A DNA stretch of 64,000 nucleotides from Cyanophora paradoxa CCMP329 (taxonomy: Eukaryota > Plantae > Glaucophyta). Numbering within the stretch: the stretch's first letter is position 1; each line of letters opens with the position of its first letter. Below, in pieces: positions 36,872-48,752 of this stretch. The stretch is taken from contig QPMI01000164.1 of NCBI GenBank assembly GCA_004431415.1, positions 62,133 to 126,132 of the forward strand, read 5' to 3'. A program made the translations under genes and the position numbers. Under the pieces are notes generated by a model, which was not told the origin of the DNA, searched no databases, and saw only the letters and a list, made by a program, of their open reading frames with translations.

Positions 36872-38202
36872 CTAGACCTCCGTGTACTCGTCGGCGCCGT
36901 CGTGGGCGAGGATCGTGGACGCGATCTCGCGCCCCCGCTCCTTGTGCCGCTTCGAGGGCCCCGCCGCGGCGCCCCCGTTGCCCTGCGCCGCGTCGCCCTC
37001 GCCCAGCCCCTGTCCCGGCGCCGCCATCTTGGGGACACTGGGCGGGTCCAGCGAGCGCAGCGGGCCGCCCGAGTGCAACCGCTCTGCAAAAAGCGTCAGC
37101 TCGGCACGAGGCGAGGCGGAAGGCATAAGGCGGAGGGCGGGAGGCGGGGCGGGGCGGGCCCTGGGAGGCGTCGTAGGATGTGGAGGCGGGGAGGTGCGTG
37201 AAGGCGAGGATGTACATGTAGAGGTTGAAGAGGGTGTAGAACGCCACGAACTCCGCCGCTGCCGCACGAGCCGCGTCGTCGGAGGAGGCGGGGCGGGGCG
37301 AGCGCGCGGGGCGGGGGTGCGGACTGTTGAGGGGCATGGGCCCGAACTCGCCGAAGAGGAACCCGCCGACGGCGGAGAGCATGACGAAGAGGGAGAGGAG
37401 GAACAGGAACTGGAAGCGCCGCGACATCGACCTGCACGCCCGCACGGCCCGGGGCGCCTCGGCGGGGGCCGGCTCGCTCGCTCGCGGGGGGGCGCACCGG
37501 ATCTCCTTGAAGCCGAGGGCGGCGAGGACGAGGAGCCAGACGACGATGAGGCAGAGGACGACGATGCCGACCACGCGGAAGAACTGGGCCCGCCCCGCAG
37601 CCAATCAGCGGTGCAGGGGCGGGAGGCGGGGCGCCGGGGCGCGGCGCACGGTCTTCATCTCCTGGGAGGGGCTGTAGGCGGGGTCGGCGCGGACCTCGAG
37701 GCGCACGTAGGTGTAGACGCAGACGGCGGCGATCCAGAAGAGGCCCACGACGATGATCTTGGGCACGTAGAAGCGCTTCGCCGAGAGCTTGATGTTCGTC
37801 ACGTGGTCCAGCCCCGATTGCTGCCCGGCCCCGCGTCAGGCGCGGCGGCCGGGCGGGCGGGTGGGCGGGCGGGCGAGCGGGGGCCGCACCTTGACGATGC
37901 GGTGCCAGGAGATGAGCCAGAAGAGGAGGAGGGCAGCGATGAAGAGGCTCTGCAGCATGACCGACATGAAGGACGCGAAGAAGGAGGGCGTCAGAATCGC
38001 CGCCGAGCAGAACGGGTCTGTACGCGCCGCCCTTCAGCGCCCGGCCGCCCCGCGCCGCTCCGCAGGCTGCGGCGGGGCGGGCCGGGGCGGGGCGGAGCGC
38101 ACCGTTGAAGCCGACGAGGACGATGAGGAGGTAGTAGATCCACCTGGGGGCGCGGGCGCCGGTCGGCCGGCGGGTCCGGGCGGGGCGGGCGGGCGGGGGG
38201 AA

Positions 38203-38235
<33 letters not shown>

Positions 38236-39454
38236 ACTTCTGCTCGAAGGAGCGGTAGCGGGCGGGGATCTTGCAGAAGATGACGGAGAAGGTGATGCAG
38301 ACGGCGAGGGAGACGATGAGGAAGAAGGACTTGAAACCGAGCTCGAACTTGGAGAGCTTCTGGTTCATCACGATCAGCTGCGCGCGCCGGTCGTGTGTCA
38401 GCCCGCCGCCCTCGCCGCCGCCGCTGCCGACTCCGGTGTCGCGCCCCGGGGGGCGCACGCAGAGCTCGACGTCGCCGACCCAGTCGTAGGAGACGGTCGG
38501 CTGCGGCACGATGCCCCACGTCACGTTCAGCTGCGCCCACTTGATAAAAGGCATCTCTGCCGCGCAAAAGGAAGTCAAGCGCGGGGGGCGGACGGGGCGC
38601 GCGCGCGGGGCGCCGGCGGACCGATGATGGTGATCTCGCTGCACTTGGGCTGGTTCACGGGGCAGCTCATCGTGCGGTACCTGTACGCCTCCGGGTCCTT
38701 TGCGCCCGTCACCGAGACCCACTCCTGGTCCGCCGCGTCGCGCCCCGCCACGAGCGCCCGGATCGGCACGTTGATGTTGTCCAGACCTGCCGACAGGGTT
38801 CAGCGCCCCGCACGCCGAGCGACCGCGCGCTGCAGAGCGAGCCTTTGCTTTGGGAGTTCTTGTTGAAGAGCTTCGCAGTGAGGTAGACGAACTGGTGGTA
38901 GACGCTGAGCTCCGTAAGCGTGCCGCTCCACGTTTGACCGGGCACCTGCGAGACCAGACCGTCGGGGGCCCGTCCGAGCGCAGCGGCTCGATCAAAAAAG
39001 GGTGTTAATACCAAACCACGCTCACCGACATGTCAACGCCGTTGCAGGTCTGCGGATCAAATGTCGTCTTCCCTGCCGGGCAGTCGTACGCGGATATACA
39101 GTGCGTGACCATCACAGGATTGAGACCGCTGCCAGTGCCTCCTACTATGACCTGGTTGGGGACGGTTACGAGCGCCAGCGACAGCGGGCAGGCGCTCCGA
39201 TCCGGGCGTTAAGCGTGCTGGCTTGATGGGGGCCGAAGAGGGCGGAACGCACCATAATAAGGAAGATGATAAGGAATCCGACGATCATAAAAGTGATGCT
39301 CCGTCTCGACATCGACTCGAGCTGCAGCGAGGGCGTCGGCGCCGCACGAGCGGCGGGCGCCCGGAGAGCTGGCCGCACGCCAACCGACGAGCGAGCGCGT
39401 CGCAAGACTCACCTTGATCTCCGGGTTCGTGTGCGAAGGCCCGTCGTCGTCCAT
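36872..39454 (-). CDS. TMEM181: TMEM181 / Wntless-like membrane protein
   Basis: LQLESMSRR; FELGFKSFF; FEQKW; FNDPF; LLFWL; FYVPK; RFQFL; AEFVAFYTLFNLYMYILAF.HLP across about 13 exons. Confidence 0.85.
38203..38234. repeat. G32 homopolymer in a TMEM181 intron
   Basis: Read directly from the sequence. Confidence 0.95.
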
Positions 39455-39775
39455 CTTTGCAGCGATACTTTGGACGCGCAGAGCGCACTCCGGTGCTTAT
39501 CTTGTCTAGCTCGGTCGAGGAAGAACGAGTTTAGTCGCTGACACTCGCTCTTGCGTCGCCTGAACCGGAGGCCTCCTCCTAGGTAGGTGGTACGTCGCTC
39601 TGACCGGTGGCCGAAAGACGCGTGCGGAATGTGCGACGGCGCTAGAAGCGCTTTCGGATTAGAGAGCTGCGCTCAGCTGCACCGCCGGACTCCGAACGCC
39701 AATTCGGTCGGTACCCCCGAAGGGCAGGCCCGGCCAGGCCGCCGCGAGGCATTGGAGGGCAGAACCGGCGCCAAG

Positions 39776-41723
39776 ATGTCGTACAGCGCGCCTGCAATGC
39801 TGGTGCGTGCGGCTCTGCGGTCGATTGGCCCGCCTCCGCGCCTCGGCGGGTCCCGATCCGAGGCCGTGTAATCCCCACAGCACGGCAATGCCGGATACTC
39901 TGTCATCCAACCGGGGATGGCGGGGCCGCCGGGGTGAGCCGCGGGATTCGACGCCCAGCGCCGCGTCGTCGAGCGCAGTATCCGACCCGCCCGGCAGGTT
40001 CGACGCCGCGCAGGCGAAGTCGCTGTACATCGGCAACCTCCACCCCAATGTCAGCGAGGCTCTGCTCTATGACCTTTGCGCGACCTTCGGATCAGTTGAG
40101 AACGTCAAGCTGATAAAAGACAAAGCGGTCTGCACGCCCACTGCGCTAAGAAGGCGGCGACGGAGATGCAGCGTCGCTGACGTGCGCCGCGCCGCGCGAG
40201 GAAGACCGGCAACAGTTCCGGCTACGGGTTCGTGGACTTCTACGATCACACGACAGCGGGGCTCGCCCTGCAGGCGCTGAACGGGCGATACGTGTACGGA
40301 TACGTGCGTTCTGCCGTCACGCGTCGCGCCGGCCGCCTCCCGCCCGCGTTCTGACCGTCGTGGCCCGCAGGACCTGAAAGTGAACTGGGCCTTCGCCGGC
40401 GGGCAGCGGGAGGACACCTCGGGTGCGTCGCCGGCCTCCCGTGCCGGGCACTGGCTCCGGGGCGGGGAAGGAACGGGCGGGGGCGGTGCAGGCCACTTCC
40501 ACATCTTCGTGGGGGACCTGAGCTCGGACGTGGACGACCGGGCGCTCTTCGGCTCCTTCCAACAGTTCGGCTCCATATCGTGCGCGCCCCGCCGCCTCTC
40601 TCCGCCTGCGCGGGGCCGCCCGCTCTGAGGCGCGGGGCCGGCGGCGCAGAGACGCGCGGGTGATGTGGGACCAGGCGACAGGCCGCTCCCGGGGCTACGG
40701 CTTCGTCGCTTTCCGGCTAAAGGAGGTGCCTCGTACCCTGGCGACGACCGCGGGGCGCGGCGGCGCTGAGGCGCGCGGCAGGACGCGGAGCGGGCGATCG
40801 AGAAGATGAACGGGGAGTGGGTGGGGACGCGGCGCATCCGCGTGAACTGGGGCAACAACAAGGCGGGGGACGGGCGGCAGACGGGGGACACGCAGGACTA
40901 CGCGAGCGTGGTGGCGGCGGCGCCGTCGACAAACGCGACTGTCTACGTGGGGAATCTGCCCCCCGAGGTCTCCGAGCAGAACATCCGCTCCGTCTTCTCC
41001 GGCGCGCCCGCCCGCCCGCCCGCCCGCCGCGAGACGGTTTGCTGGGCGGGGGCTGACGGGGCGGGGCGGGGCGGGGCGCAGAGAACGGGTTTAACGACAT
41101 CCAGGACATCCGCATCCAGGCCGACAAGGGCTTCGCCTTCGTCAAGGCCCGCCCCGCTCCCCTCCGGCCCCGCGCTCCTTTTCCTTCCTTTCTTTCCTCT
41201 CTGAGGGGCGCGGCAGATGGGGGACCACGAGCGCGCCGCCCGCGCCATCGTCGCCATCCACGGCCGCACCATCGCCGGCCGCTCCGCCCGCGTCCGCCCC
41301 GCCCCGCCCCGCCCCGCCTTGCCGTGCCCCCCGGCCTCTTAGTCTCTCGCCGGCGGCGCAGTGCTCGTGGGGCAAGGAGAAGCTCGGGCCGGCGACCTTC
41401 CCCAGCGGCCCGCCGCCGCCGGGCGCCTACACCACCACCGTCGCATCCCCGGGCGTCGCATCGTACCCCTCGGGGGGCTACTCGGCGCCGCCGGGGGCGT
41501 ACGACGCGCAGGCGGCAGGGGCGTACGACCCGCAGACGGCCGCCGCCTACGCCGCGTACTACGCGCAGGCGCGCCCCGGCCCGCCCCGCCCGCCCCCGGC
41601 GCCCCCGCTGACCCCCGCGTGCAGTACTACCCCCAGTACGCGCAGTACGCCGCCTACTACGCGGCAGCCGGTGCGGGGGACCCCTCGCAGAGCCAGGGCC
41701 CGCCCCCGCCCCCGAGCAAGTAG
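39776..41723 (+). CDS. UBP1: Three-RRM oligouridylate-binding protein (UBP1/TIA-1/Pub1 family)
   Basis: [29 protein letters not shown]; [37 protein letters not shown]; TVYVGNL..DKGFAFV..CSWGKE; Tyr/Gln/Ala-rich tail. Confidence 0.92.
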
Positions 41724-42249
41724 ACCCCGCGGCCCGCGCCCCGCCCTCCACGTCCCGAGCCCCCCGCCGACCGCACCCTCCCGTGCCCGCCTCCCGGCGC
41801 CCGCCCGAGCCTCTCTTCCCGGTCTCTCTTCCCCGACTCGCCGAAGACCTCCCTCCCGCCCTCCCCTCCGCGCACCCTCCGCCTCCGCATCTCCACCGCG
41901 CCCGCCCCGGCCCTGCCGTAGCCGTGGCACCACCCCGCCCCTCCGCCCTACGCGCGCCCCACGTGCCGTACGCCATCCCTTGAGATCAGCATCCGATAGC
42001 GATTGTCACGGTGTCATCAAATCGATTTACTGTGCGACGTTCCATGCATTCAGCCCGCCATGCAGCCCATGCTCCTCAGTTCCAGTGCCACACATACATG
42101 GCTGGCATCACGTCGGGGGCGATGAATTTCGAAGCGCTAGCCAAGGTCGAGGGTACAGTAGTACGCTTGATACGTGGTTATCATGATCAGCAATCAACGT
42201 AATGGCTTCTCAGAGTCTGAATCTCGAAGTTCTCCGAGGCTCGGGCAAA

Positions 42250-43550
42250 TGCATCCTTGCTACAGCCAGTGCCGCTTTGGTATATATTGGCAGAAACTTG
42301 AAACGTGAAGGAACCGATGACCCAGAATATGAGACAATTTTGGCAAAGTGAAATACTGTCAGCACCTAAAACGAGAATATCTATTTCGAATTCACGAGCT
42401 GCGAAATCTACGTGACAAGCGATTGATGGCGGGGGTCACAAGGCCTACCCCCAAACCACGGAGGTATTTGTTGTCTAAGACTTCGCCTGCAGTACAGAAC
42501 GAACCTGACAAGTTGAGGAGCAATTCACCCCGATGGTCGGTGTTTGACTGCCAATAAGCGTTTCAATCTATCGGGCAAGTCCATGATGAAGTCCACGGTT
42601 CTATCAAGAGCATTGTCGAACCATCCCCAACGAGCCTAAACATAGCACGACAGCGCTGGTTGGATACTAGAAGGAGAGGAAACGAACAGGCTGGGGAGGG
42701 CCGCAAGTACCCTTTCAAGTTCGATGCCTTGCTTCATGCCTTGCTTCATGCCTTGCTTCATGCCTTGCTTCATGCCTTGCTTCATGCCTTGCTTCATGCC
42801 TTGCTCGAAGAGAGCGGCCTCGCGGGGCGTGCGGGGCTGCAGGCTTCCGGTCTTGCCTTCGTCCTAGTAACTGTGTTAATGCGAGCGCGCAATGGCGCGC
42901 AATGCAAGGACAGCTGGAAGCGCCGCGGACGACGCGGACCTGGTGCTGTGCCTTTCCAGCTGGCTTGCCAGAAAAGTTGCGGGGCGTGACTCTGCGAGGC
43001 TGCAGAAGATCTTACACTTAATTACCCGTATCCGCGATCTCCCAGGGAAGGCTCGCAAGCGCACAGATACCTGCCGCAGTCTGCTAGCTATAGCGCGCTG
43101 CTTGACCGGAGGTCTGTCGCCGTGGAACCACTGCTGACCTGTGATTCAAATAGCCCGCATTGGCGCACGCGGGTGAACGTGCCAGACTTCGATGCGTTGC
43201 CGGCGGTTCCAGGGGAATCCAGGCACGTGCACCTTCACCACCTCCGCGAAGCAGAGGAGGGCGCGGAACTTTCTCCATGAAGAAAACTCCTGATTGCAGA
43301 CATTTCAGAACTAAATCGAAGCGTTTAAAGCGCTGGTCTCGCTGGAAGCTCACACCTGCTGGCCCATGGCCATCGAATATCCGATTGCAAGGAGGCGGCG
43401 AGTACAAAAAACCGCGGGCTACGTCCATGTGCTCATATCTGCGCGCCACCTCTGCTTTCGGAAAGGCTTGCCTCTGATCATAATAACCGAAACGCACCGT
43501 ATACGGAGATCCAAGGAAAGCCCGAGCGCCCTGACAGAAGGGCAGGCTAG
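42250..43550 (-). other. Captured, lower-GC gene fragment with (KQGM)n repeat, copy 1
   Basis: Exons splice in frame: DEGKTGSLQPRTPREAALFEQGM(KQGM)5KQGIELER|ARWGWFDNALDRTVDFIMDLPDRLKRLL. The segment is unrelated to the UBP1 flanks. Confidence 0.5.
42724..42806. repeat. 12-bp minisatellite (atgccttgcttc) x7
   Basis: Read directly; the second copy at about 45765-45835 has 6 units. Confidence 0.95.
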
Positions 43551-43559
43551 ATGAAATGT

Positions 43560-44771
43560 CTCGGCGCTAAAAGCGCTTTTGGTTCAGAGAGCTGCGCTCA
43601 ACTGCGCATGCACCGCCGGCTGCGGACTCCGAACGCCAATTCGATCGATACCCCTCGAAGGGCAGGCCCGGCCAGGCCGCCGCGAGGCATTGGAGGGCAG
43701 AATCGGCGCCAAGATGTCGTACAGCGCGCCTGCAATGCTCGTGCGTGCGGCTCTGCGGTCGCTTGGCCCGCCTCCGCGCCTCGGCGGGTCCCGATCCGAG
43801 GCCGCGTTATCGCCACAGCACGGCAATGCCGGATACTCTGTCATCCAACCGGGGATGGCGGGGCCGCCGGGGTGAGCCGCGGGATTCGACGCCCAGCGCC
43901 GCGTCGTCGAGCGCAGTATCCGACCCGCGCAGGCGAAGTCGTTGTATATGAGGAACCTCCACCCCAATGTCAGCGAGGCTCTGCTCTATGACCTTTGCGC
44001 GACCTTCGGATCAGTTGAGAACGTCAAGCTGACAAAGCGGTCTGCACGCCCACTGCGCTAAGAAGGCGGCGATGAGATGCAGCGTCGCTGACGTGCGCCG
44101 CGCCGCGCGAGGAAGACCGGCAGCAGTTCCGGCTACGGGTTCGTGGACTTCTACGATCACACGACAGCGGGGCTCGCCCTGCAGGCGCTGAACGGGCGAT
44201 ACGTGTACGGATACGTGCGTTCTGCCGTCACGCGTCGCGCCGGCCGCCTCCCGCCCGCGTTCTTTTGACCGCCGTGGCTCGCAGGACCTGAAAGTGAACT
44301 GGGCCTTCGCCGGCGGGCAGCGAGAGGACACCTCGGGTGCGTCGCAGGCCTCCCGCTCGCTCGACGGCGGGGAAGGAACGGCGGGGGCGGTGCAGGCCAC
44401 TTCCACATCTTCGTGGGGGACCTGAGCTCGGGCGTGGACGACCGGGCGCTCTTCGGCTCCTTCCAACAGTTCGGCTCCATATCGTGCGCGCCCCGCCGCC
44501 TCTCTCCGCCGGCGCGGGGCCGCCCGCACTGAGGCCGCCGGGGGCGTACGACGCGCAGGCGGCGGGGGCGTACGACCCGCAGACGGCCGCCGCCTACGCC
44601 GCGTACTACGCGCAGGCGCGCTCCGGCACCGCCCCGCCCGCCCCCGGCGCCCCCGCTGACTTGCGCGCGCAGTACTACCCCCAGTACGCGCAGTACGCCG
44701 CCTACTACGCGGCGGCCGGTGCGGGGGACCCCTCGCAGAGCCAGGGCCCGCCCCCGCCCCCGAGCAAGTAG
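43560..44771 (+). pseudogene. Internally deleted UBP1 copy 2
   Basis: Near-identical to 39640-40630 joined to 41487 onward. RNP2 LYIGNL is changed to LYMRNL, the acceptor region is deleted, and there is a 7-nt exon deletion. Confidence 0.9.
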
Positions 44772-45284
44772 CCCCCGCGGTCCCCGCCCCGCCCTCCACG
44801 TCCCGAGCCCCCCGCTCCCGCACCCTCCCGTGCCCGCCTCCCGGCGCCCGCCCGAGCCTCTCTCCCCGGTCTCTCTTCCCCGACTCGCCGAAGACCTCCC
44901 TCCCGCCCTCCCCGCCGCGCACCCTCCGCCTCCGCATCTCCACTGCGCCCGCCCGGCCGTGGCACCACCCCGCCCCTCCGCCCTACGCGCGCCCCACGTG
45001 CCGTACGCCATCCCTTGAGATCAGCATCCGATAGCGATTGTCACGGTGTCATCAAATCGATTTACTGTGCGACGTTCCATGCATTCAGCCCGCCATGCAG
45101 CCCATGCTCCTCAGTTCCAGTGCCACACATACATGGCTGGCATCACGTCGGGGGCGATGAATTTCGAAGCGCTAGCCAAGGTCGAGGGTACAGTAGTACG
45201 CTTGATACGTGGTTATCATGATCAGCAATCAACGTAATGGCTTCTCAGAGTCTGAATCTCGAAGTTCTCCGAGGCTCGGGCAAA

Positions 45285-46573
45285 TGCATCCTTGCTACAG
45301 CCAGTGCCGCTTTGGTATATATTGGCAGAAACTTGAAACGTGAAGGAACCGATGACCCAGAATATGAGACAATTTTGGCAAAGTGAAATACTGTCAGCAC
45401 CTAAAATGAGAATATCTATTTCGAATTCACGAGCTGCGAAATCTACGTGACAAGCGATTGATGGCGGGGGTCACAAGGCCTACCCCCAAACCACGGAGGT
45501 ATTTGTTGTCTAAGACTTCGCCTGCAGTACAGAACGAACCTGACAAGTTGAGGAGCAATTCACCCCGATGGTCGGTGTTTGACTGCCAATAAGCGTTTCA
45601 ATCTATCGGGCAAGTCCATGATGAAGTCCACGGTTCTATCAAGAGCATTGTCGAACCATCCGGATCCCCAACGTGCCTATACATAGCACGACAGCGCTGG
45701 TTGGAAACTAGAAGAAGAGGAAACGAACAGGCTGGGGAGGGCCGCAAGTACCCTTTCAAGTTCGATGCCTTGCTTCATGCCTTGCTTCATGCCTTGCTTC
45801 ATGCCTTGCTTCATGCCTTGCTTCATGCCTTGCTCGAAGAGAGCGGCCTCGCGGGGTGTGCGGGGCTGCAGGCTTCCGGTCTTGCCTTCGTCCTAGTAAC
45901 TGTGTTAATGCGAGCGCGCAATGGCGCGCAATGCAAGGACAGCTGGAAGCGCCGCGGACGACGCGGATCCGGACCTGGTGCTGTGCCTTTCCAGCTGGCT
46001 TGCCAGAAAAGTTGCGGGGCGTGACTCTGCGAGGCTGCAGAAGATCTTACACTTAATTACCCGTATCCGCGATCTCCCAGGGAAGGCTCGCAAGCGCACA
46101 GATACCTGCCGCAGTCTGCTAGCGCGCTGCTTGACCGGAGGTCTGTCGCCGTGGAACCACTGCTGACCTGTGATTCAAATAGCCCGCATTGGCGCACGCG
46201 GGTGAACGTGCCAGACTTCGATGCGTTGCCGGCGGTTCCAGGGGAATCCAGGCACGTGCACCTTCACCACCTCCGCGAAGCAGAGGAGGGCGCGGAACTT
46301 TCTCCATGAAGAAAACTCCTGATTGCAGACATTTCAGAACTAAATCGAAGCGTTTAAAGCGCTGGTCTCGCTGGAAGCTCACACCTGCTGGCCCATCGAA
46401 TATCCGATTGCAAGGAGGCGGCGAGTACAAAAAACCGCGGGCTACGTCCATGTGCTCATATCTGCGCGCCACCTCTGCTTTCGGAAAGGCTTGCCTCTGA
46501 TCATAATAACCGAAACGCACCGTATACGGAGATCCAAGGAAAGCCCGAGCGCCCTGACAGAAGGGCAGGCTAG
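45285..46573 (-). other. Captured gene fragment with (KQGM)n repeat, copy 2
   Basis: Near-identical to 42250-43550 at an offset of about 3.03 kb. Confidence 0.5.
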
Positions 46574-46582
46574 ATGAAATGT

Positions 46583-47795
46583 CTCGGCGCTAAAAGCGCT
46601 TTTGGTTCAGAGAGCTGCGCTCAACTGCGCATGCACCGCCGGCTGCGGACTCCGAACGCCAATTCGATCGATACCCCTCGAAGGGCAGGCCCGGCCAGGC
46701 CGCCGCGAGGCATTGGAGGGCAGAATCGGCGCCAAGATGTCGTACAGCGCGCCTGCAATGCTCGTGCGTGCGGCTCTGCGGTCGCTTGGCCCGCCTCCGC
46801 GCCTCGGCGGGTCCCGATCCGAGGCCGCGTTATCGCCACAGCACGGCAATGCCGGATACTCTGTCATCCAACCGGGGATGGCGGGGCCGCCGGGGTGAGC
46901 CGCGGGATTCGACGCCCAGCGCCGCGTCGTCGAGCGCAGTATCCGACCCGCGCAGGCGAAGTCGTTGTATATGAGGAACCTCCACCCCAATGTCAGCGAG
47001 GCTCTGCTCTATGACCTTTGCGCGACCTTCGGATCAGTTGAGAACGTCAAGCTGATAAAAGACAAAGCGGTCTGCACGCCCACTGCGCTAAGAAGGCGGC
47101 GATGAGATGCAGCGTCGCTGACGTGCGCCGCGCCGCGCGAGGAAGACCGGCAGCAGTTCCGGCTACGGGTTCGTGGACTTCTACGATCACACGACAGCGG
47201 GGCTCGCCCTGCAGGCGCTGAACGGGCGATACGTGTACGGATACGTGCGTTCTGCCGTCACGCGTCGCGCCGGCCGCCTCCCGCCCGCGTTCTTTTGACC
47301 GCCGTGGCTCGCAGGACCTGAAAGTGAACTGGGCCTTCGCCGGCGGGCAGCGAGAGGACACCTCGGGTGCGTCGCAGGCCTCCCGCTCGCTCGACGGCGG
47401 GGAAGGAACGGGCGGGGGCGGTGCAGGCCACTTCCACATCTTCGTGGGGGACCTGAGCTCGGGCGTGGACGACCGGGCGCTCTTCGGCTCCTTCCAACAG
47501 TTCGGCTCCATATCGTGCGCGCCCCGCCGCCTCTCTCCGCCGGCGCGGGGCCGCCCGCACTGAGGCCGCCGGGGGCGTACGACGCGCAGGCGGCAGGGGC
47601 GTACGACCCGCAGACGGCCGCCGCCTACGCCGCGTACTACGCGCAGGCGCGCCCCGGCCCGCCCCGCCCGCCCCGGCGCCCCCGCTGACCCCGCGTGCAG
47701 TACTACCCCAGTACGCGCAGTACGCCGCCTACTACGCGGCAGCCGGTGCGGGGGACCCTCGCAGAGCCAGGGCCCGCCCCGCCCCGAGCAAGTAG
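46583..47795 (+). pseudogene. Internally deleted UBP1 copy 3
   Basis: Same internal deletion as copy 2, plus single-base indels in the last exon. Confidence 0.9.
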
Positions 47796-48323
47796 ACCCC
47801 GCGGCCCGCGCCCCGCCCTCCACGTCCCGAGCCCCCCGCCGACCGCACCCTCCCGTGCCCGCCTCCCGGCGCCCGCCCGAGCCTCTCTCCACGGTCTCTC
47901 TTCCCCGACTCGCCGAAGACCTCCCTCCCGCCCTCCCCGCCGCGCACCCTCCGCCTCCGCATCTCCACCGCGCCTGCCCGGCCGTGGCACCACCCCGACC
48001 CTCCGCCCTACGCGCGCCCCACGCCACCACGCGCCGTACTCCAGCCCTTGAGAGACAGCATCCGATAGCGATTGTCACAATGCCATCATATCAACTTGCA
48101 GTGCGACGTTCCGTGCATTCACCAGCCCGCCGGGCCGCCATGCTCCTCAGTGTCACGCGTCCGTACACGGGGCCTCGAGGGCGCGGCATCACGTCGGGGG
48201 GGATGAAGCCGAGGCCGGGGGTACGTTGGAGGCGTGTTACCAGCAATCAACTTTAACTTTAAAGCTTCCGAAGTTCTCGGCTAGGCCCAGCCTCGTACGT
48301 CGCGTCGGCACTCTAGCACCACG

Positions 48324-48752
48324 ATGGCGTTCTCGTTCGCCACCTCGTTCCTTGGCGCCAAGGTCGCGGCCCCGCCTGCCAGCGCGTCGACGGCCGTTAC
48401 TCCCGTCTTCTGCGCCGCCAAATTCGACGACAAGAACGTGACCAGCCGTCGCGGCCTTCTCTCCGGCATCGCCGGCCTGGCCGCCGCTCTCGCCTCGAAG
48501 CCGGCGCTGGCCTACTCGACGCGCGCCCGCCAGGCGCTGCAGGACCGCCCGGAGCGCCGCGACGAGTCCCGGGCCTCGGCGTCGGCCTCGGCTTCGTCTT
48601 CGTCTGCCTCAGAGTCGGCGGAGGCCCCTGCCGCCGCGGAGGCGGCTGCTCCTCGCGCCAGGGCATCGGCGGCCGCGGCCCCGCGGGACACGTCGTCGGC
48701 CTCGGGTCTGGCCGCCAAGTACGCCGCTCGCAAGCGCGTCCGCAGCAACTAA
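48324..48752 (+). CDS. Small intronless protein with bipartite plastid + Tat signal
   Basis: MAFSFATSFLG transit peptide; SRRGLL twin-arginine motif, hydrophobic core and ALA cleavage site; 79-aa Ala/Ser/Arg-rich mature part. Confidence 0.8.
   Translation: MAFSFATSFLGAKVAAPPASASTAVTPVFCAAKFDDKNVTSRRGLLSGIAGLAAALASKPALAYSTRARQALQDRPERRDESRASASASASSSSASESAEAPAAAEAAAPRARASAAAAPRDTSSASGLAAKYAARKRVRSN

Noticed and set aside
42660-42989. Plus-strand ORF with (HALL)n repeat, or a CRISPR-like array
   Set aside because: It is a perfect 12-bp tandem repeat with no spacers; splice signals and frame continuity favour the minus strand.
42245-43550. Helitron boundaries (TC start, gccct/agggc hairpin, CTAG end) for the filler
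   Set aside because: The hairpin is short and too close to the CTAG, the next base is A rather than T, and CTAG is common here.
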